Of a stretch of DNA of 64,000 nt, positions 18,218 through 28,640 are shown piece by piece. A program made the position numbers and the translations under genes. The DNA is taken from positions 10,192-74,191 of the forward strand of contig CAZXBP010000001.1 of the NCBI GenBank assembly GCA_964639015.1, given 5' to 3'. Source of the stretch: an uncultured Nitrosomonas sp. Its GTDB lineage: Bacteria > Pseudomonadota > Gammaproteobacteria > Burkholderiales > Nitrosomonadaceae. The notes under the pieces were generated by a model. That model did no database searches. It had not been told where the DNA came from and worked only from the letters and a program-made list of their open reading frames with translations. Numbering within the stretch: position 1 is the first letter of the stretch; each line of letters opens with the position of its first letter.

Positions 18218-19117
18218 ATGAAACGCATGATTATTTTAACAGTGTTGACTCTACTCGCTGGATGGATAGCACCTGTTTCCGCCAGCAACCTGACCGAAGC
18301 CTATTTCAGCGGCAAGAATCCGCAACTAACCCAACAGGAACGCGAAGCCATCGCAATGGCGAAGAAGTGGCAGGCGAACAGTGCTCAGGGCATCAAACCG
18401 GTTGCAGGTTCTGATGGTTCGATTCGCTTCCTGTTCGGCGCGCAACAACCGAGCATTGTCTGTGCGGTGTTGCAGGTGTGCGATATTGAATTACAACCCG
18501 GTGAACAGGTCAATTCCATTCACCTGGGCGATCAGGCACGCTGGCTGATAGAACCGGCCATTACCGGACAAGGTTCCAATGAAGTGCAGCACTTGATCGT
18601 CAAGCCAATGGATGTGGGATTGGAAACATCGCTTGTGGTCACAACCAACCGCAGAACCTACCACATAAGGCTGCGCTCACACCGGCGTGAATTCATGCCG
18701 CGCGTTGGTTTCATTTATCCGGAAGATGCGCTCGCTAAATGGGATGCGATCAAAGCGCAGGAGAATCGTGCGCTGGAAATCAGGCAATCACGTGTAATAC
18801 CGGAAACCGGTGAATATCTCGGCAATCTCGATTTTGCGTATTCGGTATCCGGCAATGCAGTATGGAAACCGGTACGTGTGTATAACGATGGTCAGAAAAC
18901 GATTATCCAGATGCCCAAAGTCATGGCGCAGACTGAAGCGCCGACGTTATTACTGTTGAACAAAGAAGGCGGCCTGTTCAAAAAAGACGATACGATCATG
19001 GTCAATTACCGCCTGCAGGGAGACCGCTACATTGTTGATGCGGTATTTGAGAAGGCAATCCTGGTTGCCGGTGTTGGCAACAATCAAAACCGCATCACAA
19101 TTACTCGGGGGGATTGA
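18218..19117 (+). CDS. trbG: TrbG (VirB9-like)
   Basis: Signal peptide, position and size. Confidence 0.75.
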   Translation: MKRMIILTVLTLLAGWIAPVSASNLTEAYFSGKNPQLTQQEREAIAMAKKWQANSAQGIKPVAGSDGSIRFLFGAQQPSIVCAVLQVCDIELQPGEQVNSIHLGDQARWLIEPAITGQGSNEVQHLIVKPMDVGLETSLVVTTNRRTYHIRLRSHRREFMPRVGFIYPEDALAKWDAIKAQENRALEIRQSRVIPETGEYLGNLDFAYSVSGNAVWKPVRVYNDGQKTIIQMPKVMAQTEAPTLLLLNKEGGLFKKDDTIMVNYRLQGDRYIVDAVFEKAILVAGVGNNQNRITITRGD

Positions 19118-19671
19118 TCATGTTGCCACAATTTCATGTAACCAAACCCAATGGATGCTCCATCAACAAATCTGTTCTGATTTGTACAGTTATTTTGCTA
19201 TTACTGGGTGGCTGTGCAACAACACAACCCTATGGCAATTTCATACAGAATCCGTCACCGGCATTCAGTCAATACAGCAAAGTCATGGCTGACGATGTGG
19301 CCGATCAGATTGGACGGCTTTATCCGGTAGCAACCACACAGTTTAATTTACGCCATAACCCCAATGATCTGTTCGGGCAGGTGTTAATCGATAAGCTACG
19401 CAGTGATGGGTTTGCTGTCCTGGAAAGCACCAGCCCGGCAAATTCCTTTTTGGCCGCAATTCATTCACCAGAAGACATCGGGAACACTAACAGCACACCA
19501 ATCAGTGAAGAAAATATCCAGTATCCCGGTTTGGCACTGGGCTACATCATCGACCAATCGGGTGATTTGTATCATGTCAGCATCCTGATTGAAGATCAGC
19601 AATTGACACGCGCATTTATTGCCCAGTCCGGACAGATTCAACCGGCTGGATTGTGGGTATGGAAGGAATAA
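19114..19671 (+). CDS. trbH: TrbH-like lipoprotein
   Basis: Lipobox LLLGGC; located between trbG and trbI. Confidence 0.6.
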   Translation: MIMLPQFHVTKPNGCSINKSVLICTVILLLLGGCATTQPYGNFIQNPSPAFSQYSKVMADDVADQIGRLYPVATTQFNLRHNPNDLFGQVLIDKLRSDGFAVLESTSPANSFLAAIHSPEDIGNTNSTPISEENIQYPGLALGYIIDQSGDLYHVSILIEDQQLTRAFIAQSGQIQPAGLWVWKE

Positions 19672-19714
19672 ACAGCAACAGAAAAAGGCAAAAGGAAACG
19701 AGGGAATCACTATC

Positions 19715-21157
19715 ATGACAAGTCAATCCAAACTGTTGTCACCCGAATCATCCCCCGATGTGGTTTCCAAGAGTGTCGGCGTGCGCCGTGTCAACAATCT
19801 GCCGCTGTATATCTTTGGCGCCATCATGCTGATATTTATACTGCTCATGGGTATTGTGGCGATGAACCGTGCAACCGATCGAAATAGTGCCTATGATTTC
19901 GACAGTAATCATGATGCCCAGTCGAGCAGTAATTTTGCGAGCCTGATCGCCAAGGATTATATCGGCGGTATTATCGAACCCAAAGTACAGCCGGAAACGG
20001 CTGACATACCGGATGACCGGTTTATCAAAGATTGGCGCGAGGCAATTATTATTGAGCGTCCAGCCGATCTGGATTTGCCGCCAGCGCCGCCACCGCTGGA
20101 TCATTCCAATGCTTCACGCGATGTCGAGCTCGAACATATCCGTCTGCTCAAACGCCAACAGCTTGAAGAAGCGATCAAAGCCAAAACCAATGTCAATGTG
20201 ATTGCACCCAGAAGCGCCGCATCTGCACCGTACTATACCGGCACCGGCAACACGCCTTCGCGCGAGGAAGCACTGGCCGAGATGGCCAGAGTACGCCAGC
20301 AGATCGATGCGAATCTGCGTGAAGACCCAACCGCCGCGTATCATGCACGTCTTGCGCATTTGCGGCAAGGACAAAGCGGCCTGGGTACGGGTGTTGGTGC
20401 TGGCGCCGGTATCGGTGATCCATATGACGATGAAGCGCCCATGTTGTTGAACGACTCGGCAACTGGCTATGCCAATGATTATGCCCGCTTCGACTCCAAA
20501 GATGGAGATGATCGCTGGAAACTCGATAGCGACGTTAAAAAACCGCAATCGCCTTACGTCCTGCAAACCGGTTTTGTTATTCCGGCAACGTTGATTTCCG
20601 GAATCAATTCCGAATTACCCGGACAAATCATGGCACAGGTGAGTCAGCATATTTATGACTCACCGGTTGGCAAACACCGCTTGATCCCGCAAGGATCACG
20701 ACTGGTCGGCACATACTCCAGTGAAGTCGAATTTGGTCAAGCCAGAGTGCTCGTTGCCTGGCAGCGCATTATCTTTCCGGATGGCAAAACGATGGATATT
20801 GGTGCTATGCCGGGCGCTGACGGTGTCGGTTATGCCGGATTCAAAGATCGGGTGAACAATCATTACCTGCGCATCTTCGGCTCAGCGTTGATCATGTCAG
20901 CAATTGTAGCCGGTACTGCCTATAGCCAGCGCGATTCGGGCGGTGCATTCGGGCGGCAGAATGCGGGCAGCATCATGAGCCAGTCGCTCGGTCAGCAACT
21001 TGGACTGGTTACCGCCAATCTGATTCGCAAAAACATGAATATTTCACCAACGCTTGAAATCAGACCCGGATACCGGTTCAACATCATCGTGACCAAGGAC
21101 ATGGTGTTCAACAAGCCTTACCAATCCTTTGACTACGCAAGGAGTAATCACCCATGA
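19715..21157 (+). CDS. trbI: TrbI (VirB10-like)
   Basis: An N-terminal TM segment, a Pro-rich linker (PPAPPPLD) and a conserved C-terminal beta-domain. The start MTSQSKLL at 19715 follows AAGGAAACGAGGG. Confidence 0.85.
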   Translation: MTSQSKLLSPESSPDVVSKSVGVRRVNNLPLYIFGAIMLIFILLMGIVAMNRATDRNSAYDFDSNHDAQSSSNFASLIAKDYIGGIIEPKVQPETADIPDDRFIKDWREAIIIERPADLDLPPAPPPLDHSNASRDVELEHIRLLKRQQLEEAIKAKTNVNVIAPRSAASAPYYTGTGNTPSREEALAEMARVRQQIDANLREDPTAAYHARLAHLRQGQSGLGTGVGAGAGIGDPYDDEAPMLLNDSATGYANDYARFDSKDGDDRWKLDSDVKKPQSPYVLQTGFVIPATLISGINSELPGQIMAQVSQHIYDSPVGKHRLIPQGSRLVGTYSSEVEFGQARVLVAWQRIIFPDGKTMDIGAMPGADGVGYAGFKDRVNNHYLRIFGSALIMSAIVAGTAYSQRDSGGAFGRQNAGSIMSQSLGQQLGLVTANLIRKNMNISPTLEIRPGYRFNIIVTKDMVFNKPYQSFDYARSNHP

Positions 21158-21969
21158 CAAACAGTACAAATCAATCCAACTACTTCATTCGTTGTAAAAA
21201 ATTTGCGGGAATTGTTGTAATACTTTTTGCAATGATTAGCACAAAATCCACTGCTGGCGGCATTCCCGTTATCGATGCGGCCAATATCCAACAGACCACG
21301 ATTGCCGCAATAGAAAATGTGTCACAGACGTTAAAGCAAATCCAGCAGTATCAGACACAGTTGCAGCAATACGAAAACATGATCCGCAATACGCTGGCGC
21401 CACCGGCGTATGTCTGGGCGCAGGCGCAATATACGATGAACAAGCTCATGCATATGACCGATACCATTCGCTATTACGGCCAGCAATACGGCGGATTAGA
21501 TGGCTACTTGCAACGTTTTCGCAATGTTAATTACTACCGTAGTTCGCCGTGTTTCAATCTCGAGGGCAATTGCACCGAATCGGCGTGGAGTATTTTAAAA
21601 CAGGGACAGGAAGCCAGCACCGATGCGCAAAAGAGTGCCAACGATGCCGTGTTGCGCGGCCTCGATCATCACTCGCAACAGATTCCGTTGGATGCCGCGC
21701 AACTGCAAATCCTGCAACAACGCACCCAAACCGCACAAGGGCAAATGGAGGCGTTGCAATATGCCAACCAGCTCGCCGCTCACCAGGCAAACCAACTATT
21801 GCAAATCCGCCATTTACTCATAGCGCAACACAATGCCATTAATGCCCAGAACCAGGCCGATGTCGACCAGAAAGCGATGTGGCAGGCCGCGCGGGAAGCA
21901 GCCACAAAACGATTGAGCCCGCAAACATTGCCACCCGGAAAAAAATGGTCAGTTAGGGATGCATATTAA
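21154..21969 (+). CDS. trbJ: TrbJ (VirB5-like)
   Basis: GGIPVIDAANIQQTTIAAIENVSQTLKQIQQYQTQLQQYENM is the typical TrbJ N-terminus. Confidence 0.8.
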   Translation: MTNSTNQSNYFIRCKKFAGIVVILFAMISTKSTAGGIPVIDAANIQQTTIAAIENVSQTLKQIQQYQTQLQQYENMIRNTLAPPAYVWAQAQYTMNKLMHMTDTIRYYGQQYGGLDGYLQRFRNVNYYRSSPCFNLEGNCTESAWSILKQGQEASTDAQKSANDAVLRGLDHHSQQIPLDAAQLQILQQRTQTAQGQMEALQYANQLAAHQANQLLQIRHLLIAQHNAINAQNQADVDQKAMWQAAREAATKRLSPQTLPPGKKWSVRDAY

Positions 21970-21991
21970 ATTCTGTTTAAAGGAGATCATC

Positions 21992-22168
21992 ATGAGAACG
22001 AAACACCTGATTATTTTCATCGTATGTTTATTACCTTTGTTTCTATTACCGGCTTGTTCCAAGGATGGTGATGGGGTTATCGAAACAAAGGAGCCAAAAA
22101 AAGAATTAAGCGAATTACCAGAAAGAAAAAGTTGGTCTGTAATGGATATCGAAGAATTTGGTGAATAA
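21992..22168 (+). CDS. trbK: TrbK-like entry-exclusion lipoprotein
   Basis: MRTKHLIIFIVCLLPLFLLPAC lipobox, an AAGGAG RBS, and its position between trbJ and trbL. Confidence 0.55.
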   Translation: MRTKHLIIFIVCLLPLFLLPACSKDGDGVIETKEPKKELSELPERKSWSVMDIEEFGE

Positions 22169-22216
22169 ACAGGTTAGCAATTGATTTGTAGTTTAATTAG
22201 CTAAGAGGATAAGCAA

Positions 22217-23293
22217 ATGCGAAAGATAAGTCTTATTAATTTTACAATCCTGATAATCCTGGCAGCATTTTCTGTCAATGCATTTGCTGAATTAGCATAT
22301 GTTGATCCCGTAAGCAATCAAAGCGTACCGGATCAAGTAATTCAAAAATTTGGTAGCAAAGTTAAATCCTGGCAAAGCGTTATACAAGGTGCAGCAGAAA
22401 GACTGTTTTGGACATTGGTATTGATTTCAATGGTGTGGACATTCGGCATGATGCTGTTACGCAGGGCTGATATTGGTGAATTCTTTGCCGAATTCACACG
22501 GTTCATTATTTTTACCGGATTCTTTTTTTGGTTGTTGACCAACGCTGTTTCTGGCCACAACATCGCTGGAACCATCATCTATTCCATGGAAGATTTGGGA
22601 AAAAGTGCTGCCGGATTACCGGGAGGCGCCAGTCACACAAGTATTGTGGATATTGGTTTCTTAATTCTCGAAAGATCCATAAACAACATTACCATTTTAC
22701 AACCCCTCGATAGCTTTCTTGGTTTTATCATGTCCCTGGCAATCATTGTTATTTTGGCAGTAATAGCAGTCAATATGTTACTGCTATTGGTTGCGTCGTG
22801 GGTATTACTTTATGCCGGTATATTTTTGTTAGGCTTTGGGGGCGCCAAATGGACAACAGATATTGCCATCAACTACTTTAAAACGGTTCTCGGTGTTGGC
22901 GTTCAACTATTTGTAATGCTGTTAATTGTTGGAATTGGTGGTGAGTTGCTGTCAAGCTTCTACACCAAGATGTCCACGAATATTCTGAATTATGAAGAAC
23001 TCGCCGTCATGCTGGTTTTTACCATAGCGCTATGGGTACTGATTTCCAAACTTCCTCCGCTGATTTCAGGGATCGTCACCGGCAGCAGTATCGGTTCGAC
23101 TGCCGGAATCGGCAGTTATAGCGCCGGTGGTCTGGTTGCGGCAGCGGGAACGACTGCGGCAATAACCGCTTATGGTGTATCCGCATTACGCAGAAACAGC
23201 CCCATCAAAGGTATAGAACCGCTGATGAATGCGGTTAAAGCCGGGCAGAATGCTGAGAACAGCGGCAATTACATTTCCAGAGGAGGCCGATAG
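22217..23293 (+). CDS. trbL: TrbL (VirB6-like polytopic membrane protein)
   Basis: Multiple TM segments, position, and a Gly/Ala-rich tail. Confidence 0.8.
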   Translation: MRKISLINFTILIILAAFSVNAFAELAYVDPVSNQSVPDQVIQKFGSKVKSWQSVIQGAAERLFWTLVLISMVWTFGMMLLRRADIGEFFAEFTRFIIFTGFFFWLLTNAVSGHNIAGTIIYSMEDLGKSAAGLPGGASHTSIVDIGFLILERSINNITILQPLDSFLGFIMSLAIIVILAVIAVNMLLLLVASWVLLYAGIFLLGFGGAKWTTDIAINYFKTVLGVGVQLFVMLLIVGIGGELLSSFYTKMSTNILNYEELAVMLVFTIALWVLISKLPPLISGIVTGSSIGSTAGIGSYSAGGLVAAAGTTAAITAYGVSALRRNSPIKGIEPLMNAVKAGQNAENSGNYISRGGR

Positions 23294-23590
23294 ATGAAAA
23301 AACTACTTGGATTTTTAATATTGATGTTTTTGTTTGTCACACCTGCCAAGGCAAAAGATTCCTGCAGCACCGTACTGTGCATGGCCGGAATGCTGCAGGG
23401 CTCCGGCGTGGTTTCAGGTTGTAAAGGTTTTGTTCAGGATTATTTCGATATCATCAAGTTTAACAGTCATGGCGGCATCAGCCTGAACAAGACTTTTAGC
23501 GCACGCGGCAAGTTTCTGGGCAAATGTACAACGGCTGGAAACTGGCCGCATATGGTTAACAACCAATATGGCAGACAACTGGGGTTTTAA
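23294..23590 (+). CDS. trbM: TrbM-like periplasmic protein
   Basis: Signal peptide plus a Cys-rich CSTVLCMAGMLQGSG motif. Confidence 0.55.
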   Translation: MKKLLGFLILMFLFVTPAKAKDSCSTVLCMAGMLQGSGVVSGCKGFVQDYFDIIKFNSHGGISLNKTFSARGKFLGKCTTAGNWPHMVNNQYGRQLGF

Positions 23591-23591
23591 C

Positions 23592-24314
23592 ATGTTCTTG
23601 AAGAAACCGGTTTTAATTGTTCTAATAGCAGTGCTGTTAGCTGGCTGCGCCAGCATGACAGATTCACAAAGAAGAACTGCACAGGGTACAGCGGCGGGCA
23701 CCGGTATCGGTGCTGCCGCTGGCGCCATCATCGGCGTAATTGCCGGTGATCCTGCACTGGGTGCGGGTATTGGTGCAGGCGTTGGCACATTGGGCGGTTA
23801 TGTCTGGTCGTCGCATATGGAAAAGCAGCGCCAGCAGATGGAACAGGTAACTGAAGGAACCGGTATTGAAGTCACCCAAACACCCGGTAATGAGCTTAAG
23901 ATGAATGTGCCGGGAGATTTTTCGTTTGACACGGGACGAGCCGACATCAAACCGGAAATGCGCCCCGTCTTGAACAGTCTGGTCGCTGGAATGATGAGCA
24001 ATTCTGCAGCTCAGGCCAGAATCATCGGCCATACCGACAGTACCGGCACCGATGCAATCAATAATCCGCTGTCGGTCAATCGTGCAGCCAGCACCCGTAA
24101 TTACCTGGTAAACCAGGATATTGCAGCGAACCGCATTCACATTGATGGCCGTGGCTCGTATGAGCCGATTGCATCCAATGACACTATGGCTGGCCGTGCA
24201 CAAAACCGGCGTGTGGAAATTTACATGTTTGAAGTATCCCAAGCACAAACACCGCAATCACAGTATCCACAGCAACACCCGGTGAATTATCCACCACAAC
24301 CCAGATATTACTGA
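23592..24314 (+). CDS. OmpA-family lipoprotein (glycine-zipper N-terminus, OmpA_C peptidoglycan-binding domain)
   Basis: Lipobox LLAGCAS. RIIGHTDSTGTDAINNPLSVNRA...RAQNRRVEI is the OmpA C-terminal domain. Confidence 0.8.
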   Translation: MFLKKPVLIVLIAVLLAGCASMTDSQRRTAQGTAAGTGIGAAAGAIIGVIAGDPALGAGIGAGVGTLGGYVWSSHMEKQRQQMEQVTEGTGIEVTQTPGNELKMNVPGDFSFDTGRADIKPEMRPVLNSLVAGMMSNSAAQARIIGHTDSTGTDAINNPLSVNRAASTRNYLVNQDIAANRIHIDGRGSYEPIASNDTMAGRAQNRRVEIYMFEVSQAQTPQSQYPQQHPVNYPPQPRYY

Positions 24315-24315
24315 A

Positions 24316-24717
24316 ATGGTTGATTTGCCGCCAGATATGCAAGAACGAGTCGTCTGTTCCATTATTGCTGCGGTGAAATATGAAATTCCGGCCAACATTT
24401 TATTGGCCATCGCGGAAAAAGAAGGTGGAAAACCCGGTCAATGGGTAGAAAACAACAATGGCTCGCACGATGTTGGCACGATGCAATTTAATACGACGTA
24501 CCTTCGGGATTTATCCAAATACGGCATTACTGCTGATCATGTTGCACAGACCGGATGTTATGCCTACGACCTGGCCGCTTGGCGTATTCGTCAGCACATC
24601 AAGTATGATAGAGGTGATATCTGGACGAAGGCAGCAAATTATCATTCAAGAATGCCGAAATATAATGCACGATATCGCTCCGACCTAATTGCTAAGGCGG
24701 CTAAATGGGCGCATTGA
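24316..24717 (+). CDS. trbN: TrbN-like lytic transglycosylase
   Basis: LLAIAEKEGGKPGQWVENNNGSHDVGTMQFN is the SLT catalytic E...G(T/L)MQ pattern. Confidence 0.8.
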   Translation: MVDLPPDMQERVVCSIIAAVKYEIPANILLAIAEKEGGKPGQWVENNNGSHDVGTMQFNTTYLRDLSKYGITADHVAQTGCYAYDLAAWRIRQHIKYDRGDIWTKAANYHSRMPKYNARYRSDLIAKAAKWAH

Positions 24718-25425
24718 CTTGAAGAACATTCTTTATGAAGATATCAAAAACACCTTGATTAGCAACATTCAGAAGAATATTGTATGGGAAGCTTATTTCA
24801 TAGACAGTTAAATGCTGCAGCTGAACCACGAGACGTAGATTTTCACCGCTAATTACTGCATAATGTTGCACTAACGAATTTGATGTCGATTGATCAACCT
24901 CGAAAAAGTGCCTACAAAAATTTCCAGTAAAGTGAAATATGTTTGAATATGATAGTCTCATCTAGTTTCATCCTTGCGGCCCTTCCAGGGAGATATTTCG
25001 ATTGATATTGCCGTTCTATTTGCACCTCCTCTGTTTTGATTCAATGAGATAAAATGTGCCGTTAACCATAATGATATGATGGAATATTAATTTGATCAAT
25101 TCACAGCTATTTCTAGTTCAGCATACTTGGGCACAGAAATCAGAAAATCAGGATGAGCAAGATGGTTTTTCTTTTGAGAATTTCCACAACTTGCCCGCTT
25201 ATGAGTTCATTGGCTGTCCTGATTCTGGTAAAACGCCAGCATTTAAACAATAGACGCAAGAAACTAGGACCTAGCATGTAGCATCACGTAATTTCATTAC
25301 TTTCAATCAAGAAGAACATAAAAAATAAAATTTTGTTTATTGATGCGTAGGATTAAATACGCGCTAATAGTGCGAATGATAACGGACCGCTTGAGACTGG
25401 CTTGGCGAGAGCAAGTGACCAAGCA

Positions 25426-26352
25426 TCAGAAGGGGATGTTCAACCTCAGCCAAGCCATGTAACCCTGGAAACGATTCGTTGCGTACATTTCATTTTGCCA
25501 CTGTGCAATTAATATCGTTCCGGTCGGACTGTTGTAGATCACACTGGGGCCGATCGCAAGCACTTCACCTTTGCGCCCCGAGGACCAAGAACCGAGTGCT
25601 GGCGAAATTATCTGTCCACCGAGTTTGTCGTTGGTTGTCTGTTTTAGGTAGTAGCCCGAAAGCCCAATGCCCCACAAACCAAAACGCTTTCCGGCAAGAA
25701 AATCAATATGGAGTTCGTCACCGGATGCGTAGTCCATTTCCGGTTCGCCGATGGCCGTACGAAATTCCTTATTCGTACTCTTGATGTTATACATAAACTT
25801 ACTAGATATCTCCCACCCATTTTCGGAGAGCCAGGTTACTGCAAAGAGTGGTTCGATACTCCAGTAGTTGGTGCCGATGCTCTTCTGCGGACTACCGGCT
25901 TTATACTTGCCGGTAGGTATGCGAATATCCAATGCTGCCACCCAGTGCCAGTTACTCAAATGCCAGGAGAAACCGACCGGACTGATAGTTATATCACCTA
26001 GTCCAGCAACTGAGGTACAGTCTCCGCAATTCATACTTTGATGCACTATTGGTATGACAATATGCGCACCGTAATTACCCCCCAGAATACGCGTATCGGT
26101 GATGCGAATAAAGCGAAATGCATTGAACCAAGCACTGAGTGTTGCTTCTGATACCTTATTGCCGTCGCCATTACGCAAGGAACCGCTGTAGTGACCGGAA
26201 TAGTTAAGGAAGTAGTTACCCACAGGTGGCGCCGCACCCGCTAGCCAGTTCTCGGCACCGTTCGGATACTGGTCAGCACCTTCCTTGGCTACTGTATCTC
26301 TAACAGCTAAACTCAATAGAATCAAGGCAAGACCTAATAGCTTGATCCCCAT
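25426..26352 (-). CDS. outer-membrane channel of the MetA-pathway-of-phenol-degradation-like family
   Basis: Signal peptide, GADQYPNGAENWLAGAAPPVGNYFLNY, beta-strand-rich sequence and a C-terminal aromatic residue (F). Confidence 0.7.
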   Translation of the reverse strand: MGIKLLGLALILLSLAVRDTVAKEGADQYPNGAENWLAGAAPPVGNYFLNYSGHYSGSLRNGDGNKVSEATLSAWFNAFRFIRITDTRILGGNYGAHIVIPIVHQSMNCGDCTSVAGLGDITISPVGFSWHLSNWHWVAALDIRIPTGKYKAGSPQKSIGTNYWSIEPLFAVTWLSENGWEISSKFMYNIKSTNKEFRTAIGEPEMDYASGDELHIDFLAGKRFGLWGIGLSGYYLKQTTNDKLGGQIISPALGSWSSGRKGEVLAIGPSVIYNSPTGTILIAQWQNEMYATNRFQGYMAWLRLNIPF

Positions 26353-26485
26353 GTTTCCTTTTTGATGCTTCCCTTGTTTTTCTTCATGATGATTTTCACA
26401 TAAATTTCAGAGTGGAATTATCTACTGCTTCCTATGTAGAATAAATACTCCCTTTCGGATAACATTGCTCCATCAATGGAGCATT
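26350..26485. repeat. copy A of a ~135-bp inverted repeat (OMP 5' end plus the OMP/LysR divergent promoter region)
   Basis: Hand alignment with the reverse complement of 27510-27650. The core CAGAGTGGAATTATCTACTGCTTCCTAT(G/A)TAGAATAAATAC is nearly identical. Confidence 0.8.
26466..26483. promoter_or_regulatory. palindrome TGCTCCAT-CA-ATGGAGCA just upstream of the LysR start; candidate LysR-type regulator (LTTR) binding site
   Basis: Seen directly in the sequence. It is conserved with one mismatch in copy B (27517-27534). Confidence 0.4.
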
Positions 26486-26489
26486 AACT

Positions 26490-27365
26490 ATGGAATTTCT
26501 GAATGACATGGCCCTGTTTGTGGAAGTTGTTAAGGCCAAGAGCTTTCGCGGTGCTGCAGATATTATCGGAATGCCGAATTCAACCCTGTCGCGGCGAATC
26601 AGTATGCTGGAAAAGGCAATTGGGTTGCGCCTTTTGCACCGTACAACACGCAAGATTGAGTTAACCGAGGCTGGCCAGATTTACTATGAGCGTTGTAAGC
26701 GTATAGTCAATGAAGCCAAACTCGCGCATGAACAACTTGGTGAAATGCTCGCACAGCCCAGCGGCGTGCTACGCGCTTCGCTGCCTGTAGACTTTGCGGT
26801 GACCTACATGGCACCTTTGATCACCGAATTTGCAAAACTCTATCCGAGTATCGTCTTTGACTTCGATCTTACGTCACGGTGGGTCGATCTAGTAAGTGAG
26901 CCTTTCGATGTTGCAATCCGCATGGGAGAGCCAGAAAATTCGCAATTGATCGCGCGCCCACTAGCGGCGCTTCCTGCGTATCTTTACGCTTCACCTCGTT
27001 ATCTTGACCGCTCTGGAGATCCTGTCAAGCCAGCCGATCTGGCGCATCATGAGTGTCTGAGCATCATGAAAGCCAATACGTGGACACTTCACGATGGAGT
27101 GAACACTACCAAAATTTCTATTAATAGTCGTTTCAAGCTCAACAGTATCGGTATGATTTGCCGCTTGGCAACTCTTGATATGGGCATCATCATGATGCTG
27201 GAAAAAATTGTCGCTGACGATCTCGCCAATGGACGATTGCAACGCGTACTCCCCCAATGGCATGGAACTCCGGTATCCGTTTATGCCGTTACGGAAACCC
27301 GGTTACTGCCTGCAAAAACACAGCACTTCATTAAGTTCTTACGGGAGCGCCTGGGCAAGGTGTAA
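26490..27365 (+). CDS. LysR-family transcriptional regulator
   Basis: The N-terminal HTH FVEVVKAKSFRGAADIIGMPNSTLSRRISMLEKAIGLRLLHRTTRK plus a substrate-binding domain. Confidence 0.9.
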   Translation: MEFLNDMALFVEVVKAKSFRGAADIIGMPNSTLSRRISMLEKAIGLRLLHRTTRKIELTEAGQIYYERCKRIVNEAKLAHEQLGEMLAQPSGVLRASLPVDFAVTYMAPLITEFAKLYPSIVFDFDLTSRWVDLVSEPFDVAIRMGEPENSQLIARPLAALPAYLYASPRYLDRSGDPVKPADLAHHECLSIMKANTWTLHDGVNTTKISINSRFKLNSIGMICRLATLDMGIIMMLEKIVADDLANGRLQRVLPQWHGTPVSVYAVTETRLLPAKTQHFIKFLRERLGKV

Positions 27366-27509
27366 CAGAATGCCGAAATTTCCTCTTAGAGCCTGTTCTA
27401 GATTCAATCAATGGGTACAGTGCAAGGCAAAATTGGACGAAAAGGCGGAGCATTCTTGAAATATGTGAGTATTCTGAATTCTGTCAATCAACATGCAAAA
27501 ATCCCACAT

Positions 27510-27650
27510 GGGGATTGCTCCATTAATGGATCAATGTTATCTAGAAAACGGTATTTATTCTATATAGGAAGCAGTAGATAATTCCACTCTGAAAATTTTG
27601 TGGAAATTATCGTGAAGAAAAACAAAGGAAGTGTGAATATCAAGTTGTTC
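27510..27650. repeat. copy B of the inverted repeat, with decayed LysR-like (minus strand) and OMP-like (plus strand) gene starts
   Basis: The reverse complement aligns to 26350-26485. The flanking reading frames are broken. Confidence 0.75.
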
Positions 27651-27905
27651 GACTTTATGTTCGCCTTGTCGGAGCCTGCTATTTATCCAACTGGCACACA
27701 ATTGAACTGAACATACACATGTATCGCTGATCAGGCGCCCTTTTTGCAGGAGATTCAATACTTGCGTGAGACCTCGTTCGTTGTATCCCCCCGTCCGCCC
27801 CTTGAACAATCAGATAATTGATTTTCGGGCAGACACCATATGCAAATATTTCTATGAAGGCATATCTCTTCATGAGAATTCAATTATACCCACGGTAAGG
27901 TAATT

Positions 27906-28130
27906 ATGAAACTTATAGGGAGTTATTTTATGATTCGTGTTAATGCGATTACTATTGCTCTGTCGGTTATGCTGATAACCGCGTGTGGTCGCCCTTCGGT
28001 GACGATTAATGAAAGAGAAAGGGAAAATTATGAAAAAAAAATTGCTGGTGAAAAAATAGAGTGTCCCTACGGATTGGATGCTAATGGATCGTGCCTGAAA
28101 GAAGGTGATGATGGCATCTGGAATTATTAG
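27906..28130 (+). CDS. small putative lipoprotein
   Basis: An internal start [19 protein letters not shown] gives a lipobox. Confidence 0.4.
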   Translation: MKLIGSYFMIRVNAITIALSVMLITACGRPSVTINERERENYEKKIAGEKIECPYGLDANGSCLKEGDDGIWNY

Positions 28131-28640
28131 AAATTTTGTGTCATTCTCTTATCATTAATTTTATAAAAGTGACAAATGGAGCAAAACTTCACTGCAATCT
28201 GATTTTGGAGAAACCCTGGAAGCTTTGAAATGCGGAGTATGATTTGATTGAAAAAGATGGCTTATGCTTGAACAGCATATAAAATCCGGGATTGAACAGA
28301 ATCGGAAGAACGACTCGACACCAAAGACGTAAAATTGACTTTTAGCGGTTTTCAACTGGGCACACCACGAGGCCGCAGCGATACATTTAAGTCCACCGAT
28401 TAAAAATCCTGTTTTCAATTTTTTAATATTTACTCTGGTACAAATTTGGCACAATCAATTTCTTAACCAACTTTTTTATTTGAGCTGACTCTAAAACTGA
28501 AACCTGTTGATTAACAATTATCGTGGCAAGCTGTTTTTTCAGTGTCTCTTTTGGTGATGGTTGAAACCCCTCGTTAGACGAAACAAAGTTAAGTGGTATG
28601 TCCGAAGAACATACGCTAAATCATTATCCAAAAACTGTAT

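Noticed and set aside
23664-24257. A 197-aa minus-strand ORF. The same applies to 16014-16493, 20114-20566, 58321-58752, 60533-60892, 61665-62021 and 50672-51049.
   Set aside because: They are antisense to well-supported genes (ompA-like, trbE, trbI, argA, fba, pyk, traL) and have no motifs or RBS.
25085-25252. A short TTG-initiated ORF (LINSQLFLVQHTWAQKSEN...) with a faint globin-sensor-like start.
   Set aside because: It is only about 52 codons, has no ATG or RBS, and the similarity is impressionistic.
28161-28454. A 97-aa minus-strand ORF; also 10188-10370, 27555-27873 and 36796-36978.
   Set aside because: They are Cys/Phe-rich or low-complexity with no RBS or motifs, and they lie in regions that look like decayed or intergenic DNA.
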